NCBI GenBank assembly: GCA_951804945.1
Contig: OX638150.1
Span: forward strand, 52,762,001-52,826,000
Direction of reading: 5' to 3'
Length of the DNA: 64,000 bases
Origin: Podarcis cretensis
Lineage: Eukaryota
Every line of letters starts with the position of its first letter. The first letter of the stretch is position 1. Positions 24,999-38,387 of this stretch are shown piece by piece. Under the pieces are notes generated by a model, which made no database searches, was not told the DNA's origin, and saw only the letters and a list, made by a program, of their open reading frames with translations. A program made the position numbers and the translations under genes.

Positions 24999-27900
24999 GT
25001 AAGGGCTAGAGCACATTCTGTGTATTACTCAGCATTCTTTCATGGGTTTATTTCCATATAAGTGCCCGTGTGTGGCAGGAGAAAATGTTGTATTAAATGG
25101 AAAATATTATCTTCCCTGTATTCCTAGCATACATGCATAAAAAAGCCATACCACACATAAAAAAGCTATACCACAAAGCCCCCTCCATCATCCCAGAGAT
25201 CCGGAGGTGGGGGGGATCTAGTTTAACATTGGCTTTTTAATGCCTTCTGGCACCTTCTAAAACTGTTGTTCCCTTCAGAGAAATTTCCTGTAGCACAGCA
25301 TAAGCCTGTGTTCCTAATGTTATCCTGTTACCTCTGCATGACTTGCTTTGCTGTTGGCCTCTTTTTCACCCCTGCCTATGTGCTGGAAGTAGAATGGTCA
25401 GTTGGTTTATGAAAGTAGAATGCAAACTGCTGCACTATTTGCATTCATTTCTACAGAATTTGTGTGAGTCTCTCCAAGTCCTGTTTTAATTCAGTGCAGG
25501 TTACACAGAAACAATATGCAATCATCATTTTATGTTGATGTTAGTGCTAGCTTCTTAATAATATATGTTCACAGCACATGCCAACAAAAGCAAAAATAGC
25601 TTTGCCACAAATGTCCATATTTCCCTGTATGTAGCTCATTGTCATCCTTCCTTACTTTGCCAGACCTTTATTAGCATTACAAATATAGGCCATCATAAAA
25701 CATCCACATATAAAATTTTAAAATATATACAAATAAACAGCCATGTAAAAATATGTAATAATGAGAATTTTCGTTGGAGTTTATTCCTGCTAAATAGTGC
25801 TATTCACCACCATTAGAGATACTATTGATAAAAACTCAACCACCCTTGCAGTTACTTCTGGGTTAATGTCAGACAGATATTTTCTGATAATTTCATTGTG
25901 CTGTGTCATTCACATGGTGAGGAAGAAAGAGTTAGGATTAGGGAACAGGCAGTATTTTGTTGTGGTGTAAGATCTTGTGAGCCAGCTCTGTCACTGTTGT
26001 ATTATTTTACTGTTTCTTAGCCATTTTACATGTTTTCTTCCGGGGTTTTGTGACTCAGCAATTTGAATACCATGATTTACTTGATTGGATTTTTAGGGAG
26101 GAAAAGCAACTGAGCAAATTGTGCATATTGATTTGTGGTGGCTGGTCCTTCTCCGAGTTTAGAAGAGCTGTCATGTTTCAATTTCTCATACACAGTAATG
26201 GCATACAGGTTAGATTTACTGTTGCTAGCAAAACATACCTGAAATCTGAGCAGGAAATGAAAACATTCCTGTCCATGTCCTCCAGCAGATTTAGGCATAT
26301 GCAGATCCTTTCTAGACTGAGTCCCCTTTGCATAAAAGCTGTCCCCCTTGCTGAATTTCCATGTCTAGAACCTGCATCTGTGTGTGTGTTTCCCCCTTGG
26401 GGAATGGAGCCACAGATGCAAGTCAAACATGCCACTTTTGCACAATCAGATCCCAGTTTAATAAACTAGGATATGCCCTTTGGTGTCATTTTGTACTACT
26501 CTTCAAATGAGTGGTAAAAGCAGACCATGGTTTCCTGTTACATGTGAAGCAGGGACTATGACTAATGACTTCCAAACAAGCCAGATTTGCAAGACAGCTT
26601 CCGATGCAGCCACTGTCAGTTTTAACAGCACCAGTCAGCTAAGAGGGGTTTTTTCCCTGAGGGAGGAGAGGGAGGAAATCTAAATTTAGCCCCCTCACAT
26701 TCAGTACGGGCTACCACAGTTGGTGATAACAGTGGCACCCATTTGTTTGGCAAATCCAGACAATCAGTGTGTACTGTAGTCAGTGAAGATATCTGAATCA
26801 TGTTGTGCCTCTCTTTTTGTGTGAAAATCTAGACTTTGGCATTTGTAAGCATTTAATGCTCTCTCAACCTCATACACACGTTTTTATAAAACTCAATTTA
26901 AAGCAAATATCACTACAGCCTCTGAAATATATTTCTGTCCAAAACATATTCAGTGAAATAAGGAGTTGTTTATTCACACTTCTTAACATTGGTTAGGAAT
27001 CAGGGATGTTCAACATTCAATTATTTTTAAAATCCTTGAAATGGTGCAAATAGACAAGATGACACAAGATCCATGATTGGACTGACCCCCTTTTTAGTAG
27101 TAAATTTAGTTGGGGGAAGAAACTGAATCAGGCAGTGGTGGGAGGATTTTTTTTTAAAAGCACCTCTTCCCCTCCATATTTGCATGAGTGGACTGGTGGA
27201 CATTCGTTAACTGGAGGAATTATCCTGTTAACCAAATGTCTGCCAGTCCACTCTTCAAACAGAAATTCATGGTAAGACCAATTTCTGTCCTTTCCCCCGC
27301 TTCAGATTGTCCCCCTAATACTATCATCAACCTGACATATGGTTACTGTATGTTTTGCTTTGCATGGCAAATAATTAAAATTGCTCCCCCACCCCACCCC
27401 ACCCCATAGCTATTAAGAAAATGGCATTGGGGTGTGGGTGGGGAGAATTAAAGCCTTCTCTCCCTGTGCTGTATTCCAGATCCAAATCAGGCCTTTTAGA
27501 ATAAAACCAACAATCCTGAAGAGATCCAATCACAGATATCCCTTCTTGTGTTGTTTCCATGGTCTCTTCCCAGTGCTGAGGCTTAAGCAAATATTAAATG
27601 GTTTTATTTCAGCAAAACTCCTCAATCTCTTGTTCTTATGGGGCACCTCAGTAACTTTAATTAAAAAATACTTTCACGTGATCAAAATTGACTTAACATG
27701 CTGCCAAATAGGAACAAATACTTTTTTAAGCAGCAACACAGAACTCCCCCAATATGATACTTTGATCAAACATTTCAGCACAATCAAAATACCCTTTTCT
27801 TTCTCCCTTGCCAAATTATTGCCTTACACATCACTTACTTAATGGTGTGTCTTGCATAAAACGAAACAAATTCTTAACATGTGCAAGCATCCTAAGAATT

Positions 27901-28616
27901 ATTGGGACAAAAATGGTGTCCCTTAGCATGCTTCCAAAGATATGGTGGTGACCACTAGCCTGGATTGCTTTAAAAGCGGGTTTGGCAAATTTATGGATAA
28001 CTTTAAGCATCAATTAGTAAAATATTTATTATTAATAATAGCAGCAGCAGTAGCAGTTGTATTTTCATCCTGCTCTTCCTCCAAGGATCTCAGGGCAGCA
28101 TATATTCTCACACCCTCAATTTTATCCTCACAGCATCCCTGTGAGCTAGGTTAGACTCAAAGAAGGTGACTTGTGCAGAATTATTCAGTAAGCTTTATGC
28201 CTCCGTGGGAATTTGAAACCATCTCTCTGAGGATCTAGTCCAGAACTCTGACCACTGTGTCAAACTCCACATTCAGAAACCTACAGGTATAGGACAGTAT
28301 ACAAATTTTAATAAAAGTAATAACAATAACCTTAATAAATAATAAACAACTTATGAAAACCAAATTACTGGTGGACATATAACAAGGGAAAGCTATAGCT
28401 TTCCTGCCCTGTTTGTAGGTTTCTTGGAGGCATCTGGTTGTCCATTGCTGGCAACAGGATGCCCGGCTAGTTGGATTCTTGCTCTGCTCCAATTGAGGTT
28501 TTCTTGAGGCACAGTGGAATATTCCTTGAGGCATCTGTATTAACAGTTAGATTGCAGTAATCTACCCAGAAGACACTCTAGCAGTGTAAACTTTCTCTCT
28601 CCTTCTTTTAACACAG

Positions 28617-28844
28617 GTGGAAGTTAAGCCATATGTCTTGGATGATCAGCTGTGTGATGAATGTCAGGGGGCCCGTTGTGGTGGAAAATTCGCTCCATTT
28701 TTCTGTGCTAACGTTACCTGTCTGCAGTATTACTGTGAATATTGCTGGGCTGCTATCCATTCACGCGCTGGCAGGGAATTCCACAAGCCCCTGGTGAAAG
28801 AGGGAGGAGATCGCCCGAGACATATTTCATTCCGCTGGAATTAA
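28617..28844 (+). CDS. CPEB4: CPEB4 last coding exon, ZZ-type zinc finger (VEVKPYVLDDQLCDECQG...RPRHISFRWN*)
   Basis: acacAG|GTGGAAG; the Cys/His pattern fits the CPEB ZZ domain; the HISFRWN C-terminus is CPEB4-type; TAA at 28842-28844. Confidence 0.97.
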   Translation: MEVKPYVLDDQLCDECQGARCGGKFAPFFCANVTCLQYYCEYCWAAIHSRAGREFHKPLVKEGGDRPRHISFRWN

Positions 28845-29681
28845 GTGATTCCTGCAGCGTGTTCATATGCAGGCCTCAAAATAAGTGCACTCTTCTGTTA
28901 TCCTGATTCCCATGCCCTCCCTTCCTCTTCTCTCTTATTCAAGATAGCATGTCCTACTGTTGTAGTCTGTAACTTAACAATAGTGTAACAAAAGAATGAC
29001 CTATAATCATATAGGTATTTTGTAGAATCTTGTCATTAAACTGTATTGGGAACTGCTATTCATATGGATAACACAGTGCATGGAAACCAGGTTCTCTTAC
29101 CTTTAGTTACCCGGGGGGACACTGCTTTCCTGCTATCTTTTCTTGAAGGAAGAGAGAACAATATTAAGAGAAGAGAAATGAAACAATAGAGTATTTTGTT
29201 TTTTAATTAAATTATTGCTAATAACAAAATCAATAGAATACTTTTATGAAAAGTAATCATGAGATAGGAACACTATGAATCTATTCTGACACTTTGTCCA
29301 ACCCACCCTTCCTTCTCCCCTTCCCTGCCCAAACCTCTGGGAAGCCTGTTTTCTTGCCGCCTATGATTTTATAGCAATGGAAACAGTTAGCCGTTAACCT
29401 AGTAACAGGAAAGAGCATGTTTAAAGCAACAAAAATGCATGAGCAAGGTTTAAAGCAGCATTAAGTTAAATGTTTTATTTAAGGGTTCCGAAGCTATTTT
29501 TTTAGCACAGTACGTGTTTCTCACCGTGCCTCCGACTTCCCACCACATTCAAACTTTTACTAATTGAGTAGGCAGAGCTTAGATCTGTGTTCTTCATCCA
29601 AGCAATCACATTTTAAAAGTTCCTGAATGTAAATCCTGGGTCAATTTACTACTGGGGGTGGGTGGGGAGTGCACTTATTCT

Positions 29682-29730
29682 TTGTTGTTGTTGTTGCTGT
29701 TGTTGTTGTTATATTATTATTATTATTATT
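29682..29730. repeat. (TTG)n/(TTA)n microsatellite in the CPEB4 3'UTR
   Basis: Seen directly. Confidence 0.9.
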
Positions 29731-30964
29731 TTTAAAGAAGAAACTTCATTATCAGAATACAGCCCTAGAAATCCTACCAAAGCTAAAGTAATGACAACTA
29801 GTGAACTGGCATGTCCTCTCCTGAAGAACAAATGTATAGATTTTATTTTTGATGGTTATATAGAACTCTATATCCTAATTTACTAATGTTAATCAGGGGC
29901 CAGCCTTTGCTCTCCATTTTGACGTGAAATACAAGAACCTAAAGATATACCTCAAGATTATGATTTTGATTCCCACCTCCCCTGCCTGCCTCTAAGACAC
30001 TAGTAATTCATTCTAACCACACAGATCAAAATTTGGCTACTTACTGGGCTTACTCTGGGATGTAAATGTGTTTTAATCTCCGAATGAAATTGGATCATCA
30101 AAAGCATAAGAGGGACAAAGTGAAGCTTGTTTCCAGGGATGTTATGCACTGTTGGTTGAATGAATATGCATTGCATATTGGCAAAGAAGAATATGCTTGT
30201 CTTTCAGCAGAGAGCAAGTAAGAAAATCTCAATAAATAATTCTTTTTGGAACTTAGCACAGAAAATAAAGAATTCCAGGGCTCTAATGTACCAACTTGCT
30301 GAGAAATGCATGGGTTGTTTGAACCATATAAGTGAGAACACAGTAGATGTTAAAGCTAAAGCACAGGGTGGTGTTGGTTAGTTTGATATAGTCACTTGAG
30401 CTCTGTAAAGCTGAGAAAATTGATAGGAGTGAATGAGTTCAGTTCTTAAGAAATGATTTTGTAGCAGTGTGCAAAACACCCCAGTCCATTGGCAATCTGA
30501 ACTGGCATGGTACCACCATAGACTCTTAAACCAAAGACTTGCCTTAGCACAGCTACAGACAAAAAAAAGCAAATCTCTTCTGTAAGCCCTCTCCCTCCCC
30601 TTTCCTTCCCCCTCCCCAATTATCTTTGAGAAGCAGTTTTGATTTTCAACACATAAAACATACCTTGTTATTTTCCAAAGGTCAAAATGGAGACATTTGC
30701 TGTCTACTCGTCAAGTAGAGAAAGGGAGCTGCTTTTAATGAAATCCCTGCAAATATTGACAACAGTAAATGCAAATGGAGAGTGCTCTTTTGTAGACTGT
30801 CAGGGACCTTTTTCTCTGAAGTACATAATTATAGTTGGAATATTCGTTTTAATTTTTTTAAATGCTTGTAGGTGGCTTGGGGTGTCTTATTGTGCCGATC
30901 CTACCCAGTGAACAGGTGAGATGGGTTACCATTACAAGAAATAACACTGTTTGAGAAGTAGCTT

Positions 30965-31312
30965 NNNNNNNNNNNNNNNNNNNNNNNNNNNNNNNNNNNN
31001 NNNNNNNNNNNNNNNNNNNNNNNNNNNNNNNNNNNNNNNNNNNNNNNNNNNNNNNNNNNNNNNNNNNNNNNNNNNNNNNNNNNNNNNNNNNNNNNNNNNN
31101 NNNNNNNNNNNNNNNNNNNNNNNNNNNNNNNNNNNNNNNNNNNNNNNNNNNNNNNNNNNNNNNNNNNNNNNNNNNNNNNNNNNNNNNNNNNNNNNNNNNN
31201 NNNNNNNNNNNNNNNNNNNNNNNNNNNNNNNNNNNNNNNNNNNNNNNNNNNNNNNNNNNNNNNNNNNNNNNNNNNNNNNNNNNNNNNNNNNNNNNNNNNN
31301 NNNNNNNNNNNN
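30965..31312. other. N run, 348 nt
   Basis: Seen directly. Confidence 1.
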
Positions 31313-32296
31313 GTGCACTGGCAATGCTATTTTAGAATTTGCAGAGAAAAGAAAGCATGTTGCTTAAACATCTTTAGCCCAGCACCAGGTATTTGGTGTA
31401 CATATAATTTAAAAAAAAAAATACTTATATGTAAAGTTGAGACTTAAAAAGAAATTTTTAAAAAGCATGAAAGTGACAAATGAGAGAGTTTGTCTTTAGA
31501 CCCTTGAAATTTAATGCATAAGCATAGAGTAGAAGTTAAAAGTAACATCCCAAATTGTCTACCGCTTCTTAATAGGTTTTTAAAAGTAATACACAAATGC
31601 AGATGTTTTTTGGTGAATGTTTAGCCATTTTTAATCTTAACAAATTGATGTTAGGTGTTTGCAGAGATGTGTCTGCTCTTTTAAATCATATGTAAGGAAA
31701 TAAACCCAAGCCTGCCCAGTGGTGGGCATGTAATGTTAGTATGCATGACTAATATTAAAAGAAAAATGTTATTCTACTAATATTCACTTGTGGTGATTGT
31801 GTGAAAAGCGTGTTTACAGATTATTTGGTTACACTTCAATTTACAGGGCATAAATGATTATCTATATTACTCTGTACTCTAGATAGTGCTAATATAATAT
31901 GTCCTTCTGATTACATGGGAGGGTGGAGTTGCCATGTCACTCCAAGCATAACTAACATGTAATTAGTTTTAAAATCTTAGGGTATCACTTTATTTAAAGG
32001 GGTGTAAACAAGCATGTCATTTTCTCTCACAAGCATGGCACTGGCCATGTACTTACAATGTAGTTACAGAGTAATTACATGGTTATTTTTGCAATGTAAA
32101 ATAAAGTGTTTCTGATTATTTTATATGTAAAGGAACCCCCACTGCCCCGTGCTTTTTTGGTATATAGTATCTACTTCTCCATACACAGACCTCTGCCGAA
32201 AGCAAATCTAAAACTTGCAGTGAATGACTTTAGTGTTTTATAAGGATGCTGTTGGAAAGACTTGATAATTCACCCCTTTTTTGTTTCTTGAAGAGT

Positions 32297-32976
32297 NNNN
32301 NNNNNNNNNNNNNNNNNNNNNNNNNNNNNNNNNNNNNNNNNNNNNNNNNNNNNNNNNNNNNNNNNNNNNNNNNNNNNNNNNNNNNNNNNNNNNNNNNNNN
32401 NNNNNNNNNNNNNNNNNNNNNNNNNNNNNNNNNNNNNNNNNNNNNNNNNNNNNNNNNNNNNNNNNNNNNNNNNNNNNNNNNNNNNNNNNNNNNNNNNNNN
32501 NNNNNNNNNNNNNNNNNNNNNNNNNNNNNNNNNNNNNNNNNNNNNNNNNNNNNNNNNNNNNNNNNNNNNNNNNNNNNNNNNNNNNNNNNNNNNNNNNNNN
32601 NNNNNNNNNNNNNNNNNNNNNNNNNNNNNNNNNNNNNNNNNNNNNNNNNNNNNNNNNNNNNNNNNNNNNNNNNNNNNNNNNNNNNNNNNNNNNNNNNNNN
32701 NNNNNNNNNNNNNNNNNNNNNNNNNNNNNNNNNNNNNNNNNNNNNNNNNNNNNNNNNNNNNNNNNNNNNNNNNNNNNNNNNNNNNNNNNNNNNNNNNNNN
32801 NNNNNNNNNNNNNNNNNNNNNNNNNNNNNNNNNNNNNNNNNNNNNNNNNNNNNNNNNNNNNNNNNNNNNNNNNNNNNNNNNNNNNNNNNNNNNNNNNNNN
32901 NNNNNNNNNNNNNNNNNNNNNNNNNNNNNNNNNNNNNNNNNNNNNNNNNNNNNNNNNNNNNNNNNNNNNNNNNNNN
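32297..32976. other. N run, 680 nt
   Basis: Seen directly. Confidence 1.
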
Positions 32977-33034
32977 TTTGTATGTTCTACTCTAAGTTAT
33001 AACACAAGTTTCTTTTTTAAGAGAGTTCATTTGT

Positions 33035-33166
33035 NNNNNNNNNNNNNNNNNNNNNNNNNNNNNNNNNNNNNNNNNNNNNNNNNNNNNNNNNNNNNNNNNN
33101 NNNNNNNNNNNNNNNNNNNNNNNNNNNNNNNNNNNNNNNNNNNNNNNNNNNNNNNNNNNNNNNNNN
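33035..33166. other. N run, 132 nt
   Basis: Seen directly. Confidence 1.
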
Positions 33167-36100
33167 AGCTGTTATTTTGAGCTCTTCAGCATCACGACAT
33201 AACCACTATTTCTTTTTGACTTCATTATTTTATGAAGGAACAGTGTTGCAGAGTGGAAATCATTTTGCTACACGAGTCTCTAATTCAAATCACTGGCCAG
33301 CCATGAAGTTCAGTTGTTGACCTGAAGGACAGTCATATCCCAATACTGCTCAGATTTATGTGATTACTGTTAGTGATAACAGTTGTAAACCACTTTGTAT
33401 ATTATGTTCTAGAAACAAGTAACATCTGACCTGCAGTAGTGTTTTATTCTCTGCTTCAAAAGAAGTACTAAAAATTAGACAATGATTCTTTTATTCTTTC
33501 TACTTTGGACCTTGTGAATTGAAGAGCCAGTGTAAGGGACAAAGTTTTGGACTTTGACCAAGGTGGCTAAGATCTAAATAGCTTGCTCAAGGAAGGAAAG
33601 GAGGGAGAAACAAGAAGAGAGGAGACTTGAAAGGTGCACTGGTTTTTCTTCAGCCCAATGAGTTTCACATCTTATGACTCCTGTAATGTTTTCCGTATAA
33701 TCATAAGCCAGGAAATAGTTTTAGTAAAGAACTATCTACAACAGATCTTCTCTCCTTTTGCTGCTTTCTCTCTCTGGCATCTAGCCCTGCTTCTTGCTTG
33801 GGTCAAACCTGCTAAAAAAGAAATAAGCTAAAATGCTCACATTTATCCTTACAGCTCCTGAAGGAGCCCTAGTTAACCAGAACAGTCTTCTGTACTACCT
33901 TAGATTAACGTGCTTAACATGCGATGATTATTATTATCATCTGTGAATTTTCCGAGTCATTCTTTAATTCCATAATACAGCGGGCTATTTTCCTTGGATA
34001 CTTGAGATGCAGCTTCCATGGCCTTGATATTGATAGATTTAATAAGCAAATCTGCCATCTTCAGTCAGGTCAGAACCCTTCTAGTATTTTGTCATGTTGT
34101 CCTGAGATGGTTTTGAGAGTTTGGCCTTCCAGTGGTGTCAGCTTCGATGTCTCAGTCCTAGGCATAATCAAGCCCAACAATAGGGGATAGTCCTAAAGAA
34201 CTTTCTTTTCAGACATCGCTAATCACAGAGAGTGTGCTGTTAGGATAAGCCTTCAGCTGCTGCTCAAATGTCACCCTGGGGGTAGAGCCAAATACTGACT
34301 ATTTATATTTTGTAAATTTGGTACTTGGGGAAGATCTGCTGTCTCTGGCAGGAGTCTCATGTGACTTTGGCATGAATCTTCAGCAAACTCAGCATCTTCG
34401 CATCTATTTTTAAACATCCAGCCTTCGGTATGTCAGCTAGGCCAAAAACAAACAGCCAAGTGTTCAGTCACCTGCTTCCACTTACTGGTCTTCTGCTACT
34501 TAATCATCAGGACAAAGGGAAGCCTAGTGTGTGATGCCGAAATAATGGAATGTTGGACGAGCGGTGAGACAATTGGGGTGGCAACGTGTCCGAGGAGAAG
34601 AATGCAAAGCATCAGAAACTGGAGTGACTTGGCAGGCGGGGCAGAAAAAAGCTCGGCCAGCTTTGCCAAGTCTGGGTGAGGCAGGCCCTGGGTTCTTGTG
34701 GTTTTCTCCTTCATCCCCCAAGCACACTTGGAAGCTGCTCTAGGGAGAAAGTGGAAAGCTTTTATGGAATGTTCACAGCTGAGGCTTTGAGCTACGTGGT
34801 ATTCTATATTACAATGCCAAGCCATCTGTGTTTTTATAGCCAATGCCCCTTTACAATCGAAATCCCATACATGATACATGTAAACAAAGCAACCCAAAAT
34901 TTCAAAATTCAGATCACTAAAGCTAATGTTGCAAATGTCACTTGTTTGCCAAGGCGTTGAAAGCAAAATCAATCACTGTTTTGAATTAGAAAGATGGCTC
35001 CCAATTTTCTTGCTGCTGCTTAATAGAGATACCCTTACAGGTAATCAGCGTGTTTACAGCAACATATTTAGTTCTAAAATAATCTGATTTACCTTCTAGG
35101 AAACTAAAAAGGAAAACAAAAACCCTATCCGTATGTTTTGTTATGTGAGTTACAGAAATAGCAATACAAAATACAGTGATATTGTCGACTTGGGGTGCAT
35201 ACACAAAGATTATTCTTTGCCTGTGTTTTGTTGTTGTTGTTGTTTTCTTTAAAAAAAAGGCCTGTTAGATATTATTTGGCCATTGTTTGAAATGTGAAGT
35301 GAGTAAATCCCCCCCCCACAGCAATTTCTTTTCATTTATGAAACATCCCAAAGCAAAATATAAAAACCATTTCAAATCCAGTATGGATACAGACTAAGAT
35401 AATAATCTCCCCTTAAAATACTTGTTTAAAAAGGAAAGCCTTGAATGTATTCCAAAAAGACAACCGAGATGGTGCTTGCCTAATACAGAAAGTTGCAAAG
35501 GGTAGGTGTCATTACAATAAGTGCCTGACTTTTACATCATGTGGAAGATGCCTCCTGATGGTATCTGCAAGAGGCATATGAAACTCCAGACTTTGAATTC
35601 TTCATGTATTCACCATCTATTTGGGCATCTTCTTCATGGATCTTGTGAGCAGACACATCCTGAGATTATTTTACAAGAGAATTTAAATAGCATCAAACAG
35701 TTCCCAAATTATGCCCAGCCTTCTTAATGCTGCAGATCTAAAAATTGTATTTTTAAAATAGGCATTGACATGATACTACTGGAAGTCCGCCCCCCCTCCA
35801 CCTAGTTTAGGGTGAATTATTTATGTGTCCTTTTACAGAAGGAAGAGCTGCTTCTAGGTAATGCACCAAGTAGACTATATGAGACCACAATATGCACAAA
35901 ACCAATGTGAATTGTATCAAATTTATCTCTTTTAGGACTACCGTAGATTGCTGCCCAGATACCATTTTATCAGCAAAAACATGGTTGTAGCAAACAATGA
36001 CCCTTGCTGAAATAGACTTTAGAGCCCCCAATGAATGGGCAGATGAAACTTTTATTTGGTCTAAATGGGTATGCTGTATTTTTTTCCAAAAAGCCCTAAA

Positions 36101-37384
36101 ATTTTAATTTACTGATGTTTGATTAAATGACCAAGAAACATTTATGCTGCTTATGCCTTTTGGCAAACTGCATCACTTTGGCCTTACTATAATTGATTAA
36201 AGTTTCCAAATTTGGAAAGTAGCCTTGCCATACTTGAGATAATGAGCTGTATCAGCTGCAAAAAGAAGCACTGGGATTTTTTGATCACCAATGGGGGGGG
36301 GGGGAGAGAAGAAAGCTCCTGAACTGTATCGTTTGTGCAAAGTTTAAACAGCAGGTGTTAAAATACAACCTTGCTTTACTCTCTTGATAGAAACGCTGGC
36401 AGATAGCCCACAAACCACTGCAAGTTTTCCCATCATTATTAGAATAGCATTGTATAAGAAACAATCAATCTAGCAAGGTCTTTCATTTCTGCAACCTCCA
36501 TTTCCCGAAGTTTTGGAAGATATTACTGAGACACAGCATTTTGGATTGTGAAGTTGAAATAATGTAAACTGGTTGACACGAGACCAGCCTTTCGTTTTCT
36601 GCAATAAAAAGTGTTTCCCCAAATAGCTGAATTAAGTATAATAAACATGTTAGTGTGGGTGGGTGTCATATCCACACTTTACCTATTTCGCCATACATTT
36701 AAAAGAATTGTAGGTGTACACATTTGAAACATAATGGTGAAACGGCCTTTATCCTGTCACAGCAGGAAACAGTCATTTGCTATTTTAAATGCATCTATTT
36801 TCTGCACACCTACTTCTAGTGTATAGTGAATATATCTCTTCTGAGCTGTCCGCAACCCTGTCCCTTCACAAGGAGGATGAGGACCAGTCCTGGAAAGGGC
36901 CACACCCTTTTAGTAGGTTATTGAGGGTTTTGAAACTTTATTGGCAATAGAAATTGTCAGTTTACTGAAACACATGGAATTGCTGATTTGCAACATACTA
37001 GCCATCTCTCAACAGGGTTCTCACCTCACAACCTGTTATAAATATGCACCATGTCCACATCTCAGATTTAATTCCAAAGATACGGTTGCCATCTCTCATC
37101 TTGGCCACAGTCCCCCTGATGTAGCAGGCAACGCTATGAGCCTGGTCCACTCCTCCTGGTTGTGGGGAGCAGGGTTCTGGATGTACTGTGCTGCTAGTGA
37201 AGGAGAGGCGGATGACAGGATGAGGGAGGGAAGGAATAGGGTGGGCCACTGTTTTCATCTGCATCAGGGGAGTTTAGAGCTACATGCTCTGGTTGAGAGA
37301 TGGGAACTGTCTCCCAAGTTAAATGTGAAGCATGAATCTACTTGCTTTCTGAAGTCATCTGATGAGTCCTCTTTTTTTGTACTA

Positions 37385-37624
37385 CAGTGGTACCTCGGGT
37401 TACATACACTTCAGGTTACATACGCTTCAGGTTACAGACTCCGCTAACCCAGAAATAATACCTCGGGTTAAGAACTTTGCTTCAGGATGAGAACAGAAAT
37501 TGTGCTCCGGCGGCGTGGCGGCAGCAGGAGGCCCCGTTAGCTAAAGTGGTGCTTCAGGTTAAGAAGTTTCAGGTTAAAAACAGACCTCCGGAACGAATTA
37601 AGTACTTAACCCGAGGTACCACTG
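37385..37624. mobile_element. Tc1/mariner (pogo/Tigger-like) MITE, copy 1
   Basis: TIR CAGTGGTACCTCGGGTTA / TAACCCGAGGTACCACTG; TA TSD on both sides. Confidence 0.92.
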
Positions 37625-38066
37625 TATTTCTATGTGTACTATTAAGTAGCCTGGTGGCTCCTTGGTGACACCTGGAAACAAGGATGCTGGAAGTGATCAA
37701 GTGTGGCATGACTCCAGAGTACAATCCAAAAGCACAAGATGCAGCCACTTTGCTGAAGCTAAGCAAATCTGGAGATGGTCAACACGTTGAGGGGAGACTG
37801 TTTGCAAACTCGGGGAATATAATTAACGATAATAAGAATGATGGTTCCTACTTTTATTTTTGTACTAATACTGCATTTGCTTTTATTTGGTCTCCAAAGC
37901 TGATTACCGGGTGGGGTGGAGCCCCTGTTGGTTTGGACTGCTCTAACATCCCTGCCCCTTTCCCTCTTGGTAAGCAACAGAAACTCACCTGCCAGGAACC
38001 TAGCCCAGCGGCTCTGCCCCAACCAGCCAATTAATTCTGTATCCCCTCGTAAGGTAACTTTGGGGG

Positions 38067-38387
38067 TGTTATGTACTGAGTTGAATAGGATCCAAAATGC
38101 AGCAGTCTGATTGGTCCTAGAACAATAGGGTCCAGAATGCAGCAGTCTGCTTGGTCCTAGAACAATGCAACAGTATGATTGGTCCGCAGGAGCCACCCAA
38201 TCCAGCTCCAGGTGGAAGTGAATCCGCAACCTGATTGGCCTACAGGAGAATCCCAGAATTAGCCAATCACGTGCGACCCATTGTGTAAATAATGTATATA
38301 AAGCAGATATTTTGGGGGAACTTTCCTTCCTCACTACTATGAGCTGAATAAAGAGCATGAAATCCACACTCGACTGAGTATATTTCA
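38067..38387 (+). mobile_element. Solo LTR (Gypsy/ERV-like), 321 bp
   Basis: TG...CA termini; 40-bp tandem repeat in the U3-like part; several CCAAT boxes; TATATAAA at 38295; AATAAA at 38347; imperfect TSD GGGG/GGGA. Confidence 0.75.

Larger units (their letters stand above)
28845..33170 (+). promoter_or_regulatory. CPEB4: CPEB4 3'UTR (end approximate), rich in CPE, AU-rich and Pumilio motifs
   Basis: AU-rich stretch after the stop with no recognisable transposons. CPE-like TTTTAAT at 29201, 30071, 30847 and 31629; PBE TGTACATA at 31397; AATAAA near 31698 and 32099. The true distal end may fall inside an N run. Confidence 0.7.

Noticed and set aside
1-28616. HDV-like ribozyme as in the mammalian CPEB3 intron
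   Set aside because: The gene is CPEB4, and I saw no segment matching the CPEB3 ribozyme or a nested double pseudoknot. A covariance-model search (Rfam CPEB3_ribozyme/HDV) would be needed to exclude it fully.
30932-33180. Long ORFs made of X residues
   Set aside because: Artefacts of the N runs.
37359-37380. Hammerhead ribozyme core CTGATGA
   Set aside because: No stem II followed by GAAA, even after removing the adjacent MITE.
37759-38367. 202-aa minus-strand ORF
   Set aside because: It runs through the solo LTR and its tandem repeat and has no recognisable domain.
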